Below, piece by piece: positions 45,956 through 57,000 of a DNA stretch of 64,000 nucleotides. The position numbers and the translations under genes were made by a program. The first letter of the stretch is position 1, and every line of letters begins with the position of its first letter. The notes under the pieces were generated by a model, which saw only the letters and a list, made by a program, of their open reading frames with translations, was not told the origin of the DNA and ran no database searches. The stretch comes from Naegleria gruberi (taxonomy: Eukaryota), in the NCBI GenBank assembly GCA_000004985.1, contig GG738903.1; one strand, given 5' to 3'.

Positions 45956-46275
45956 TCAAGAAGAACAATCGTTACATGAAATAATAACATCACAACTCAA
46001 AATATAAAAATAAATAAGGTATTTCACTACAGTATGAAAATCAACAACAAGACCCTCCAACAATCCATTTCACATGGAGTTGGATTTTTGATTGTTCTCT
46101 TCTCCGATTTGGAACATTGTCAACACTAGCAAGTTGGTTTAGTAAAGATATTTCAATAAAGAAGAGCACTTTGAAATAACGCAAAAACAATTGGTAACAC
46201 TCTATTTTCAATGTCGTAAACAGAAGACTGCTATTTGTCTTTTCAAAATTTGAAAAAAATGTTTAACAAAACCAA

Positions 46276-46878
46276 TTGTTTACTTTGATATTATTCCTAT
46301 TGTTTGCTCAATCAGCTGTTGCCTTGATTGATCCAAATGATTTGAGTGAAATAAAAGAGACCATAATTACCCTTTCCAACAGTTCTAACATTACATGTAG
46401 TACATGTTCTGAACAATTACTTCCATTCTTGAATGACATGTGTTGGAAGTATAACACCAATACTAGAGAGCAAATTGTTTCATTCTTGTCTATCTCTATT
46501 GATAAAGAACCTAACCAAAAATTGTTGAATGAGGTAATTGCTAGTGTTGCTCCAACCATTGTTGAACTTAAAACAGCTTCTCAGACTATGGAAGAAAAGA
46601 AGACTGATCTACTTTCTGGATGGTTATCAACTTATGGATTCTACCCAAAAGGAAATGGTCAACCAATTGAGAGAGTTATTGGGTTTATTGTTACCAACTG
46701 GGCTTCACCTTCAACCACCTTACACATTCTTCTAAATGCCAGAAATATTCGTAATTTACTCAATACTAGACCTGCTTCTTCTGAAGTATTAATGTTTTCA
46801 TTGATGAATTACTTGAATAGTTTGAATAGTCTTGCCTACAGTTCTAAACCAGTTTGTTCTAGATTGGAATGTCATTAA
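46276..46878 (+). CDS. Small secreted Cys-containing protein. The ATG at ~46260 is 1 nt out of frame with the signal-peptide ORF.
   Basis: 'LFTLILFLLFAQSAVA' is a signal-like sequence. The ORF-track start is a TTG. The upstream 'atgtttaacaaaaccaattgtttactttga' sits in a different frame. Confidence 0.35.
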   Translation: MFTLILFLLFAQSAVALIDPNDLSEIKETIITLSNSSNITCSTCSEQLLPFLNDMCWKYNTNTREQIVSFLSISIDKEPNQKLLNEVIASVAPTIVELKTASQTMEEKKTDLLSGWLSTYGFYPKGNGQPIERVIGFIVTNWASPSTTLHILLNARNIRNLLNTRPASSEVLMFSLMNYLNSLNSLAYSSKPVCSRLECH

Positions 46879-47974
46879 ATGCGTTTTAACAAATTTGGTA
46901 TTTAATTAAATTGAATTGAACATTACACCTGTCTGAAATTGCTTGTGAAAGTTCTGAATATTCTTATATCTAGAATTGTATTCTCAATTTTTCAGTATTC
47001 GATACCTTATTTAAATTAGATTCTTCCTCACTAAAAACTTTCATATTTCCTCTTTAATATCTTTCAAAGAATCCGAAAGATATCCAAACATCCCTTAACA
47101 AGTAAGATTTGTTGGGCGACGAATTGTATGTAAAGGTGTTGGTTGACCAATAGAAACATCTGTTCCATCCTTGTAGTGATGAAGATTGATTGTCAGCAAT
47201 TTTGTGGAATGATATGTTTTTCTATTTTAAACGGGTTGAAAAAGAGGGATTTTCATTGTAATTGTGATGAACATTGGGTGAACAAGTTATTTTTAAACTC
47301 TAAAAATAAAATACAAAATGCTTTAAATACATCAAACTTTTGCCGTCATCATCACAAATCAACAAGAAAAAACAATTTAATAATACAACAAGAACAATGG
47401 CAAGATCAAAAAATTCAAGAAGAGGAATTAACAGCCACTCTAACAAGTATTGGAAAGCTGAATATCATGGAGCCGGAAGAACAATGACTCGTTCCGTCTT
47501 GGCAAAAACTACCAAGGAATGTACCTTGAGTGGAACCGAATCATTGCCACACAGACATGAATATAGTGATAGATGGGATGCCAGATGGTAAAATATTCAT
47601 CAGAATGTGTATTAATTATCAACATATGATTCTAGTTGAAATTGATACTATTGTTCTTCCTGATTATTTAGTATGAACAGAAATAATGACCATCAACATA
47701 TAACTAATTTGCTAACTTCGAGAAAACTATTAGCATTGAAAAATTGTACAATACAACAACAAGAATAAACCATGGTTGAAATGTCATATAAAAAACCTAG
47801 ATCAGAATTTTTATTAATCGATGTAAGTGAATTGATATATCTTGATATTCATTTTAGTGAGATTGGCATTGAAGGAATTGGAGAAATGAAACAATTAATC
47901 TTGACATACTTTCATAAATTACATGAATTTCAAAGGCGCTGGATATGTTGTATCATTTTAAAAGTAAAAAGGTG

Positions 47975-48045
47975 TAGGAAGACAGGGAATCGAACCCTGA
48001 TCTTAGGAACCACAATCCCATGTTCTACCACTGAACTATCTCCCT
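47975..48045 (-). tRNA. tRNA-His (anticodon GUG).
   Basis: Hand-folded cloverleaf: acceptor AGGGAGA/TCTTCCT, D-arm GTTC-AGTGGTA-GAAC, anticodon arm TGGGA-TTGTGGT-TCCTA, T-arm CAGGG-TTCGATT-CCCTG, discriminator A. G-1 is not encoded, as is normal for eukaryotic tRNA-His. Confidence 0.8.
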
Positions 48046-48123
48046 TCATGTTGTTACTCACCTTGATACATTTTCGTGAACATAATATTAACAATAAGAC
48101 ATCTTTATTTCAAGAAAAAGGCA

Positions 48124-50355
48124 TTAAGCTTGCTGCCCAACTTGTTGATTAATTGAGAATGGTACCCGAATATGATGAGTTGTCAAAAATGATTCCACAA
48201 ATGGATTAGTTGTCAAGTTGAATATCCTACCATAGTATGGTCTATTTGTAAATAAAAATTCCTTGCAATTTTCCACAATTCCCTTATCAAATAAATTTAA
48301 ATATTTCGTTCTGGGATTAATGATGTCAATGAAATAATGAACAATTCCATTATAGTGTTTGGAAATATACTCTGAATAATTTGAACTATTCACAATGTAG
48401 AAATGTCTGTCTGGCTTCATCATTTCAAATGCAGTATTGTTAAACATGACTGCTATTGTTTGTTGAATAGAAAGGATTGACCCAAAGAGTGAAAATACTA
48501 TGAAATAGGCTGTAGCAATTGTAATACATGGATTTTCCATGAGTACAACATAAAGCATGCTTGAATCAGAATCATTTACAAGTATGTAAAGTGAACAAGC
48601 TGCAATATTGACAAAAAGAAAACTGGAAATGGCAACTGAGTATACAAATGCTAAGAATTTCACATGATTCTTTTCTCCAATGGGATTGAGAGTGTAGACA
48701 CAGTAGTGATCAAATCTAATAACAATTTGGTCTGTGACTCTATCAAACTTTGATCTAATTGGTTTTCTAATAAGTAATTCAGAGCTGTATATGTGTGAAT
48801 AGTTTCCCTCAATTTCCCAACCTCTATGTTTAAAGAATGATTCATCAATAGAAGAAACTGATACGCAATTTTCTTTCTGAATATCCTTATAATAACCAGG
48901 ATCACAATTAACAGTCAATTGGTACCACAAATAGGCACAAACGGAAACACTTGGTATGAACAATATTAGAAATAGTGAACTGTAGTATATTGGTAAGATA
49001 TTGTAAAATAGTACCATTAGTCCAAAGAGAATTGATGATGGGAATAAGCCGAAGAACAGCAAATCCCTAATGTTACCATGATGCTTCGATCCTGATACCC
49101 TAATCACATAATTTTTAGTTTTGGTATGTAAATAGAAAACTAGTGGAATAATTAAAATCGCCAAATAAATAGGCATAATATTCAGCATTATCATAAAGAG
49201 AGGATAAACCACTATTGGTATTAGGAATCTGTAATGAAGGGTCTTTACCTTCATCATATCTGAAATAGTAACTGGTTGACTTTCTAGAATTTCAATAGAT
49301 TTCTTAGTGAGAAGTTCCTCATTTGAAAATCCCCTTTCACTCAAGCTCTGTTCTTTCAACTTGCTAATTAGATGATCATTAATATGCTCATTATTTTTGT
49401 ATAACTCCAATAGAGGATTCAAAATTCCTTGAAGAAAATCACTATAACCAACATAGTCCAATACAGAATTTCCAACAGTATCTCTTTCAGATATGACCTC
49501 TTTCAGACTAGTTAATCCCAAAATTTTTTCTGCAATTAAAAATTCCATTAATAGATATCTCATAATATTCAAATAGCCTTTCCTAGCAATCCAATGAAAC
49601 GCAGTTCTGTTAAAAGTATCCTTAGCAACAATAAAATTGTACAAATGTTGATAAAAATCCAACATTTCAATTCTTTCTTTTGAGTGGTATTTAAAAAACT
49701 GAATAATAAACTTGACTTGGTGCTCATATCCTTCATAACAAGCCCAATGTAATATAGTATGAGATTCGTTATCTAAATATTTTGTATACATATCTTGAAT
49801 ACTCTCTGTGGTTAACTCTACATTTCCATTCTCATTCGAATACAAGTGATACATTAAATATTGAACAATTGAAATGTGATCATCCTGAATAGCTAACATT
49901 AATAAATTATAACCAGTTCTTTTTTGAACATGTTCTTTAAACAAAGTTCGAACCATATTCGATTCATCCATTTCATGTTGTGAGTGCATGTAGTGTTGAA
50001 TTAAAAATTGGAGACATGGCAAACTTCCACCCTGTACACACCACATTAATGGTGTTTGATACTCGGAATCAATGTCCTGTTCATTGTTTGATGAGACATT
50101 TCTGTTTTTTACATAAGTTTTCAAAGAAGCTCCATAGGATAGCAATAATCGGATAGTGTCAATATTACCATAATAACAAGCCCAATGGAGAGGTGAAGCA
50201 AACCTTTCATCATCACAAATATTATTGATGTTAAACGTGTTGTCATCAGAAGAAGAATTTTGTGATAGCTGGTCCAGGATGGCTTTTGTTGTTTGTGCAT
50301 CATTAAACTGGAGTGAGTCGAACAAGTTTCGGATAGTGTATTGGAATGTGGCCAT
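48124..50355 (-). CDS. Ankyrin-repeat DHHC-type palmitoyltransferase (Akr1/ZDHHC17-like). The catalytic tetrad reads DHYC.
   Basis: Ankyrin units 'PLHWACYYGNIDTIRLLLSYGASL' and 'TPLMWCVQGGSLPCLQFLIQHY'. Multiple TM helices. Cys-rich motif 'IRFDHYCVYTLNPIGEKNHVKF'. Confidence 0.7.
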   Translation of the reverse strand: MATFQYTIRNLFDSLQFNDAQTTKAILDQLSQNSSSDDNTFNINNICDDERFASPLHWACYYGNIDTIRLLLSYGASLKTYVKNRNVSSNNEQDIDSEYQTPLMWCVQGGSLPCLQFLIQHYMHSQHEMDESNMVRTLFKEHVQKRTGYNLLMLAIQDDHISIVQYLMYHLYSNENGNVELTTESIQDMYTKYLDNESHTILHWACYEGYEHQVKFIIQFFKYHSKERIEMLDFYQHLYNFIVAKDTFNRTAFHWIARKGYLNIMRYLLMEFLIAEKILGLTSLKEVISERDTVGNSVLDYVGYSDFLQGILNPLLELYKNNEHINDHLISKLKEQSLSERGFSNEELLTKKSIEILESQPVTISDMMKVKTLHYRFLIPIVVYPLFMIMLNIMPIYLAILIIPLVFYLHTKTKNYVIRVSGSKHHGNIRDLLFFGLFPSSILFGLMVLFYNILPIYYSSLFLILFIPSVSVCAYLWYQLTVNCDPGYYKDIQKENCVSVSSIDESFFKHRGWEIEGNYSHIYSSELLIRKPIRSKFDRVTDQIVIRFDHYCVYTLNPIGEKNHVKFLAFVYSVAISSFLFVNIAACSLYILVNDSDSSMLYVVLMENPCITIATAYFIVFSLFGSILSIQQTIAVMFNNTAFEMMKPDRHFYIVNSSNYSEYISKHYNGIVHYFIDIINPRTKYLNLFDKGIVENCKEFLFTNRPYYGRIFNLTTNPFVESFLTTHHIRVPFSINQQVGQQA

Positions 50356-50598
50356 TTTTTTTCAATCAGATTGTAAATAAATCCTCTAATGGTTGGCGAC
50401 ACCTGTCAAATTTGATTGTTTCCAGAATACTTCCATAAGACACAACTCATACAGACATTAGGTTTTAATTTCCTTATTGAAGATTTTGAAGGTACAACTT
50501 ATCCATTCCTCAATCATAAACCATGCCAAACAAAGAATAGTGTGATAAAATCTTTTGATCAATAGACATCTTCTAGAAGAGTTAATCATATTTGAGGC

Positions 50599-51600
50599 TC
50601 AATCTTCATTCAATAGTGCTTTGAGTTCTGCATCAATCCGAGCATTTTTCCTTGCAACTTCCCTTGATTTCTTTTTGATAAATTGCTCCATATCATCCTT
50701 ACACTGTTTAACTTGATTCAAATAAGTGTTATAATTTTCCTCAATGTAATTCAATTTTTCTTTGAGTTTCTTTGCCACCTTCTTCTTGTATTCCTCATAG
50801 ACTTCCATTTTCTTTTCATAAATTTCCGTCTGCTGAGTCAGTATTGAATCAATTTTTCTAGACATGGCACGAGAATTTTCCACAGTACATTTTGCATTAT
50901 CATCTGTGATAGATTGTTTCATTCCTCTCTTCAATGTTAGTACTGTACTCTTTGAAAAGATTGTTTCATCCTCATTGGTCTTTCTTTGCTTGGCTGCTTT
51001 TTCCTCACTATCCTTTATGGTGGTCGTATTTCTATTGGAAGTAGTTGTTGTAGTGGAAGTATTATTAGTGCTTTGAACAGTTCTTCTAGTGGCAACACTG
51101 CTGCTGGTAGAAGTACTTGGTGTTGTTGTTTCTAAAGCCTCTGAAGCTTTACGTTTCTTTGTTGTTGTTGAAGGTTGTTGCTTCTCCTCTTCATCCAAAT
51201 CAATATAACGAATGGAATTTTCATCAACTAATTTAACTGGTCCCTGTCTAATTTCCCTCTCCAAAGCATCTCTTATATGATTCTTCCTATTAGTAAAATA
51301 GAGTTTGAACATTTTGTCAATGACTTCATGGGATTTTGGCAATCTAGTCGACCTCGGAAGAAGTAAATCCTTATTCTCATCAGATGAAGAAGACCTATTG
51401 CTGGCTGTTGTTGTGGGAAAGCCTTTGTAGTCTTTATGAGTGATTGTATAGCTTTGAAAATCCTTGAATAGAATTTGAACAAGATCAATTTTCTTCAAGC
51501 AACGATCTTTGAATGCATCATGTTTAAGAATCTCTGCGAAATTAATCTGCAGAATATCACAAAAGTGATCGATTAAATACCAAGTTTGAAATTGAGTCAT
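50599..51600 (-). CDS. Member B of the paralogous family (see 20114..21145). The N-domain is conserved, the middle is Thr/Ser-rich and the C-terminus is predicted coiled-coil.
   Basis: 'KDYKGFPT...LPKSHEVIDKMFKLYFTNRKNHIRDALEREIRQGPVKL' aligns with member A. Confidence 0.55.
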   Translation of the reverse strand: MTQFQTWYLIDHFCDILQINFAEILKHDAFKDRCLKKIDLVQILFKDFQSYTITHKDYKGFPTTTASNRSSSSDENKDLLLPRSTRLPKSHEVIDKMFKLYFTNRKNHIRDALEREIRQGPVKLVDENSIRYIDLDEEEKQQPSTTTKKRKASEALETTTPSTSTSSSVATRRTVQSTNNTSTTTTTSNRNTTTIKDSEEKAAKQRKTNEDETIFSKSTVLTLKRGMKQSITDDNAKCTVENSRAMSRKIDSILTQQTEIYEKKMEVYEEYKKKVAKKLKEKLNYIEENYNTYLNQVKQCKDDMEQFIKKKSREVARKNARIDAELKALLNED

Positions 51601-51977
51601 TTTTATTAATTTATTAAATCATGAATTTTCAATAATATATTATATTATTAATCCATTGGTACAAGTTTACTGTAGAATACAATTTATATTATTATTTAAT
51701 AATAAATTAAAACCCAAGTAACAAAATGAAGGAAGAAGGCTTCGGAACAAATTCCGAAAAAAATGGCTTGAAATTACTTCCGAGGTTTTAAGCCAAAAAT
51801 AATTCGGAAGCAAACAAACTTTGGAAGTTATTTTCGGGATATGTGTTTGGAGAATAGTATTTAAATGATGGAACAATCTTCTCATCCTGAAATAGCAATA
51901 AGAAAAAAAAAGGATTTAAACATTCTTAGCAATATATTGTACATAATTATAATCGAGTAAATAGTAATAACAACAAG

Positions 51978-53924
51978 ATGTCATCTGCTGAAGTATTTGA
52001 TGGAGCTATTGGTATTGATTTGGGAACAACTTATTCATGTGTTGGTGTTTATATGGGAGATAATGTAGAAATTATTCCGAATGATCAAGGTAATAGAACA
52101 ACACCTTCCTATGTTGCATTCACTGATGAAGAACGTTTAATTGGTGATGCTGCCAAGAATCAAGTTGCAATGAATCCACACAATACAGTATTTGATGCTA
52201 AACGTTTAATTGGTAGAAAGTTTTCCGACTCAACAGTTCAAGATGATATGAAACATTGGCCATTCAAGGTCATTACAAAGAGTGATGAGAAACCATACAT
52301 TCAAGTTGAATACAAGGGAGAATCACATGTTTTCACACCAGAACAAATCTCATCCATGGTCTTGACCAAAATGAAGGATATTTCAGAACAATATTTGGGT
52401 AAACAAGTCAAGAAGGCAGTCATTACAGTTCCTGCCTATTTCAACGATTCACAAAGACAAGCAACCAAGGATGCTGGTGCAATTGCTGGTTTGGAAGTTT
52501 TGAGAATTATCAATGAACCAACAGCTGCTGCCATTGCTTATGGTTTGAATAAGAAGGGTGAGAGAAATGTTTTGATTTTCGATTTGGGTGGTGGTACTTT
52601 TGATGTTTCAATTTTGAATATTGAGGATGGTGTTTTTGAAGTGAAAGCCACTGCTGGTGATACTCACTTGGGTGGTGAAGATTTTGATAACTTGATGGTT
52701 CAATTCTGCTGTCAAGAATTCAAGAGAAAGTACAAGAAGGATATTCAAGAAAATCCAAGAGCATTAAGAAGATTGAGAACTGCCTGTGAAAGAGCCAAGA
52801 GAAATTTATCATCAGCTGCCAATGCTTCAATTAATGTTGATTCAATTATGGACGGAATTGATTTGGATATTTCAATGACTCGTGCTAAATTTGAACAATT
52901 GAATATGGACTTGTTTAAGAAGTGTTTCGAACCAGTCAAGAAGGTTTTACAAGATTCAGGATTGGATAAGGCACAAATTGATGATGTTGTTTTGGTTGGT
53001 GGTTCAACTCGTATTCCAAAAGTTCAAGAAATGCTCAGAGAATTTTTCAACGGTAAAGAATTGTGCAGATCAATTAATCCAGATGAAGCTGTAGCTTATG
53101 GTGCTGCAGTTCAAGGTGGTGTTTTAACTGGTAAGGAAACCAAAGTCTTGCTGATCGATGTTACTCCACTTTCATTGGGTATTGAAACAGCTGGTGGTGT
53201 CATGACCAAATTGATTGAAAGAAATTCAACCATTCCATGTAAGAAATCTGAAATCTTCTCAACCTATGCTGATAATCAAACAGCAGTCACTATTCAAGTC
53301 TTTGAAGGTGAAAGAACCTTGACAAAGGATAATCACTTGTTGGGAAGATTTAACTTGGAAGGTATTCCACCAGCACCAAGAGGTGTTCCAAAGATTGAAG
53401 TCACATTTGAAATTGATTCAAATGGTATTATGAAAGTCTCTGCCAAGGATACTTCATCTGGTAAGACACAAAACATTACCATCAAGAATGAACAAGGACG
53501 TTTGAGTAAGGAAGAAATTGAAGAAATGGTCAAGAAGGCCAAGGAAATGGAACAATTTGATAAGGAATTGAAAGAAAAGATTGATGCCAAGAATCAATTA
53601 GAGGCCTACGCCTATCAAACGAAATCCACTGCTGATGATCCAAACTTGTCTGGTAAATTATCAGATGCTGATAAGAATACCATTAAGAAGACGTGTGAGG
53701 AAGTTATTAATTGGTTAGATAACAATTCTACCTATTCAAAGGATGATATTGAAAAGAAAAGAAAGGAATTGGAAGGTAAATGTGCACCAATTGTTAGCAA
53801 GCTGTATCAACAGGGAGCTGGTCAACCAGAATTCACACCAAATGGTGCAAACTTTACCTCATCAGGTAATACTTCCAGTGATTCTGAATCAAAGCCAAAG
53901 TTTGAAGATGTTGATGTTGATTAA
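51978..53924 (+). CDS. Cytosolic Hsp70, single exon, 648 aa. C-terminus reads 'FEDVDVD'.
   Basis: '[14 protein letters not shown]', '[12 protein letters not shown]', '[13 protein letters not shown]' and the full NBD and SBD architecture are present. Confidence 0.95.
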   Translation: MSSAEVFDGAIGIDLGTTYSCVGVYMGDNVEIIPNDQGNRTTPSYVAFTDEERLIGDAAKNQVAMNPHNTVFDAKRLIGRKFSDSTVQDDMKHWPFKVITKSDEKPYIQVEYKGESHVFTPEQISSMVLTKMKDISEQYLGKQVKKAVITVPAYFNDSQRQATKDAGAIAGLEVLRIINEPTAAAIAYGLNKKGERNVLIFDLGGGTFDVSILNIEDGVFEVKATAGDTHLGGEDFDNLMVQFCCQEFKRKYKKDIQENPRALRRLRTACERAKRNLSSAANASINVDSIMDGIDLDISMTRAKFEQLNMDLFKKCFEPVKKVLQDSGLDKAQIDDVVLVGGSTRIPKVQEMLREFFNGKELCRSINPDEAVAYGAAVQGGVLTGKETKVLLIDVTPLSLGIETAGGVMTKLIERNSTIPCKKSEIFSTYADNQTAVTIQVFEGERTLTKDNHLLGRFNLEGIPPAPRGVPKIEVTFEIDSNGIMKVSAKDTSSGKTQNITIKNEQGRLSKEEIEEMVKKAKEMEQFDKELKEKIDAKNQLEAYAYQTKSTADDPNLSGKLSDADKNTIKKTCEEVINWLDNNSTYSKDDIEKKRKELEGKCAPIVSKLYQQGAGQPEFTPNGANFTSSGNTSSDSESKPKFEDVDVD

Positions 53925-54005
53925 ATAAATATATTTGCAAAATTGATTAAAGTTAAATGTGGTTTTGTTTTCAACAATAAGATATCTAGAGTCAACCTTA
54001 ATTTA

Positions 54006-57000
54006 TTACTTCTTTTTTTTAAATTCTGCAAGTAAAGAATGCGAAAGAACATCCTGAGCTTGAGGCCTTGTTAAATTATCCTTTTCAAGCATGCTCAATA
54101 CTAAATCGATAATTTCGTTCGAATATCTTTCCACCAATGTCTTTCTCAGCATTTGCACAACTTCTTTCTCATCTCTATGTCCATACAATTCGGAGATTGA
54201 CGTGGTTATGTCTTTGGTCATGATCTGATACATAACTACTCCCAAACTAAAGATATCTGCATTAAAGTAGTGTTTGTATACAGACACTATTTCTGGAGAT
54301 GAAAAGATTGGATTTACTTTCGTTCCAAAAACTCCATATCCAAAATCTGAAATTAATGCATGAATATTATCGTTATCCAAACTCTTGATGAGTAAATTGG
54401 AATGTTTGATGTTTGCATGAATGCATTTTTCAACACAATGTGAATATTCCAAACCTGTACATATTTGAAAAATGATCTGTTTCACTAACTTTTCAGAAAC
54501 ATTAAAGTTTCGATTAGTCAACTTGCTGAAATCACCCATTTCGAAATAATCCATATCAATGCAAATCTTTTGATCTATTGTACTCACGAAAATCTCATTA
54601 ATTTTACAAATATTTGGATTGGTAGTATTCAGTAGATGAACGGCTTGATTAAGGAATTTGTTCACATCTTCCTCAGATTTGTATTTGACAATTTTGATTG
54701 CTTTTGAACAATTCTTGACAGAATCGATTACTTTAAAGACATTTCCACTTCCAATTCTTGCAATATTGGTATATCTCAAGTGAGGATTGAATTCAGCACT
54801 GATGAAGGCATTTTCTAATTGGAAACTGTAACCACTGCTTGGTTTTAAGTAATATGCTTGAGTTGGAAGATTATCATAGACTAATTCAATATCTCCAGAG
54901 TTGATAGTAGCAACATTGGAAAGAGTTTCCGTTCTTGGTTGTTTCTTTTTCATTCTCCAAACAATGCAAATCAAGAGAATGATAACAATAATGATAATTA
55001 GAATAACAACAAATGCAACTGGAACTGCAATAGCTGCTGCAAGAGCACCTGTATCCATTCCTTGTTGAGCATTATCAGGATTTCTGTTATTACTCAATTC
55101 GGAAATTGGTGAAGATGGTTCTGTAACTATTGGAGGAATTGCTGGGTTGATAATATATGGTAATTCTTGAATGGTGAATAAACTGAGGTGGGATACTTGA
55201 CATTCTAAATCAAAATATAACAAGTCTCCATTTCGTTTTGTTATAGTTACAGAGCTGCTAATTCCTGATTGAGACCAACTTTTCGAATTATCAAGAAAGA
55301 CGCAGGATGCATTGATACCAGTCTTGTTAGCTGTAACAAGTCCTTCAAATTTGAAAATAATAGGATCTGCCAGATTGTCAACCTTCACTCCATTTCCATT
55401 CTTGTCATAAATTGACAAATCCAAAGATGGCCTCACTGAAAGAATATTTCCATCATTGGTGTCATTGGTAATCATTGTTAAGGCATAGAAAATCATAGAT
55501 TTTGATCCTAAATTTTGAACTTGTTCTGAAAATTTGCTTGGGAAGGTAATTTTCACATTCAACAAATCTTTGGAAATGGAAACTGATTTGGAATTGAATT
55601 GTTTTTCAAGTTGAAGGATTTGAGTGGAGATTAATCCATCAGAGGAGGATTTTCCTGTGAGTTTGTAGTAATCTAAATGATACTTGGCTAATTCTCCTTG
55701 CTTTGTTGCGTTATTGGAAAAAGTGTTCGAAAGAATGGTCATTAAACTTGAAATTTCATCAAAGTTCTTTGAATCTAACAGAGTTTTGTAAACATTGGAG
55801 GAATAATAGGAACGTGCTTGATTCATAGAAGCGAATATCCAGTCCATCCACCAAACTATTTCAGAACTAGTTGAAACTGAGAACTTTTCTAATAGATTAA
55901 AGATAGTCGAAATTGAAGGCAGAATTAATTGAACAATCTTTTCATCAGCGTTGTAGCTTAATGAAGGAATATCTTTCAGAGCACTCAACATATCAATAAG
56001 AATGGAAACTGCTTCTCTCTTTGCATCTTGTGAGATTATTCTTTCGGCGACATTATTCAAAGTTTCGTCTTGAGTAATTAATGATATTAAGGCATTTACA
56101 GAATTAATTGTATCTACAGTCAGTGGTTTGGATTGTCTCAGTGCAGCAAATTCATTACTGACATAATTAATTCTAGAAAGAAGTGAATTATTCGAAATAT
56201 CAATTTTTTCTGGCAATAGAGATGGCAAGTTATTTCTAAATTCACTCACAGTTCCAAATTCATTGATCATTTTCACAACCAAAACTAAACTTTGTTGATT
56301 GAAGAATGGTAAGTGAGTCACAATTGTATTTTTCAAACTATTCGAAAGGACAAATAATCTTTCATTTTGTGAGTGAACTTCCATTACAATACTAGAAATG
56401 GAATCTTGTGGAAGTGTTAAACAACTAATAGAAACCAAAGTTTCATGAGCAATAATATCCCTTTCGTTTTTCACTGTTTCTAATAAACAAGTAAATCTTG
56501 GTTTCATATCGATTCTAGTAGAAAGTGTCAACTTGGAAGAGCCATCTGTATTTGTAGTTTCCAATTCAAATTCGTAAAATTCACCTTCAATAAGATATTC
56601 TTTTCCAATATTAAGGTAAACTTCTAGGGAGTTTCCAACAAGAATATTAGAAACTGTGAAAAGTTCAAGATTTGGAGAATTTCTCAATTTTCCATTCAAG
56701 ACTTTCCAATTCAAAGTAACTAAACTTTCAGATTCGACCACACAATATAACGAAAGATTCTTTCCTTCTGGATATACTGATGGAATGTAATCTGGTGTTA
56801 ACTTAGGAACAGAAGTGGCAGAGTTGACCAATTCAATGTAACCAAAATAGGAGAAGGTACTTTCCGCTGTCGTAACATTGGTTCCTATCAAATAGATACC
56901 TTCAAAGAATCCAAGAGAATTAAAATCCGTTTCTAATTGGCAAGATGTTCCTTGACATAAATTATTCGAAACATCCATAATTGACTTGTCTAAAGTTCTG

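Noticed and set aside
47397-47591. A 65-aa basic ORF (MARSKNSRRGINSHSNKYWKAEYHGAG...) as a small gene.
   Set aside because: It is ATG-initiated and plausible, but it has no recognisable motif and no supporting context. The evidence is too weak to call.
47772-48152. 126-aa plus-strand ORF.
   Set aside because: It overlaps the tRNA-His gene on the opposite strand. It has no motif, and its start is a non-ATG in the track.
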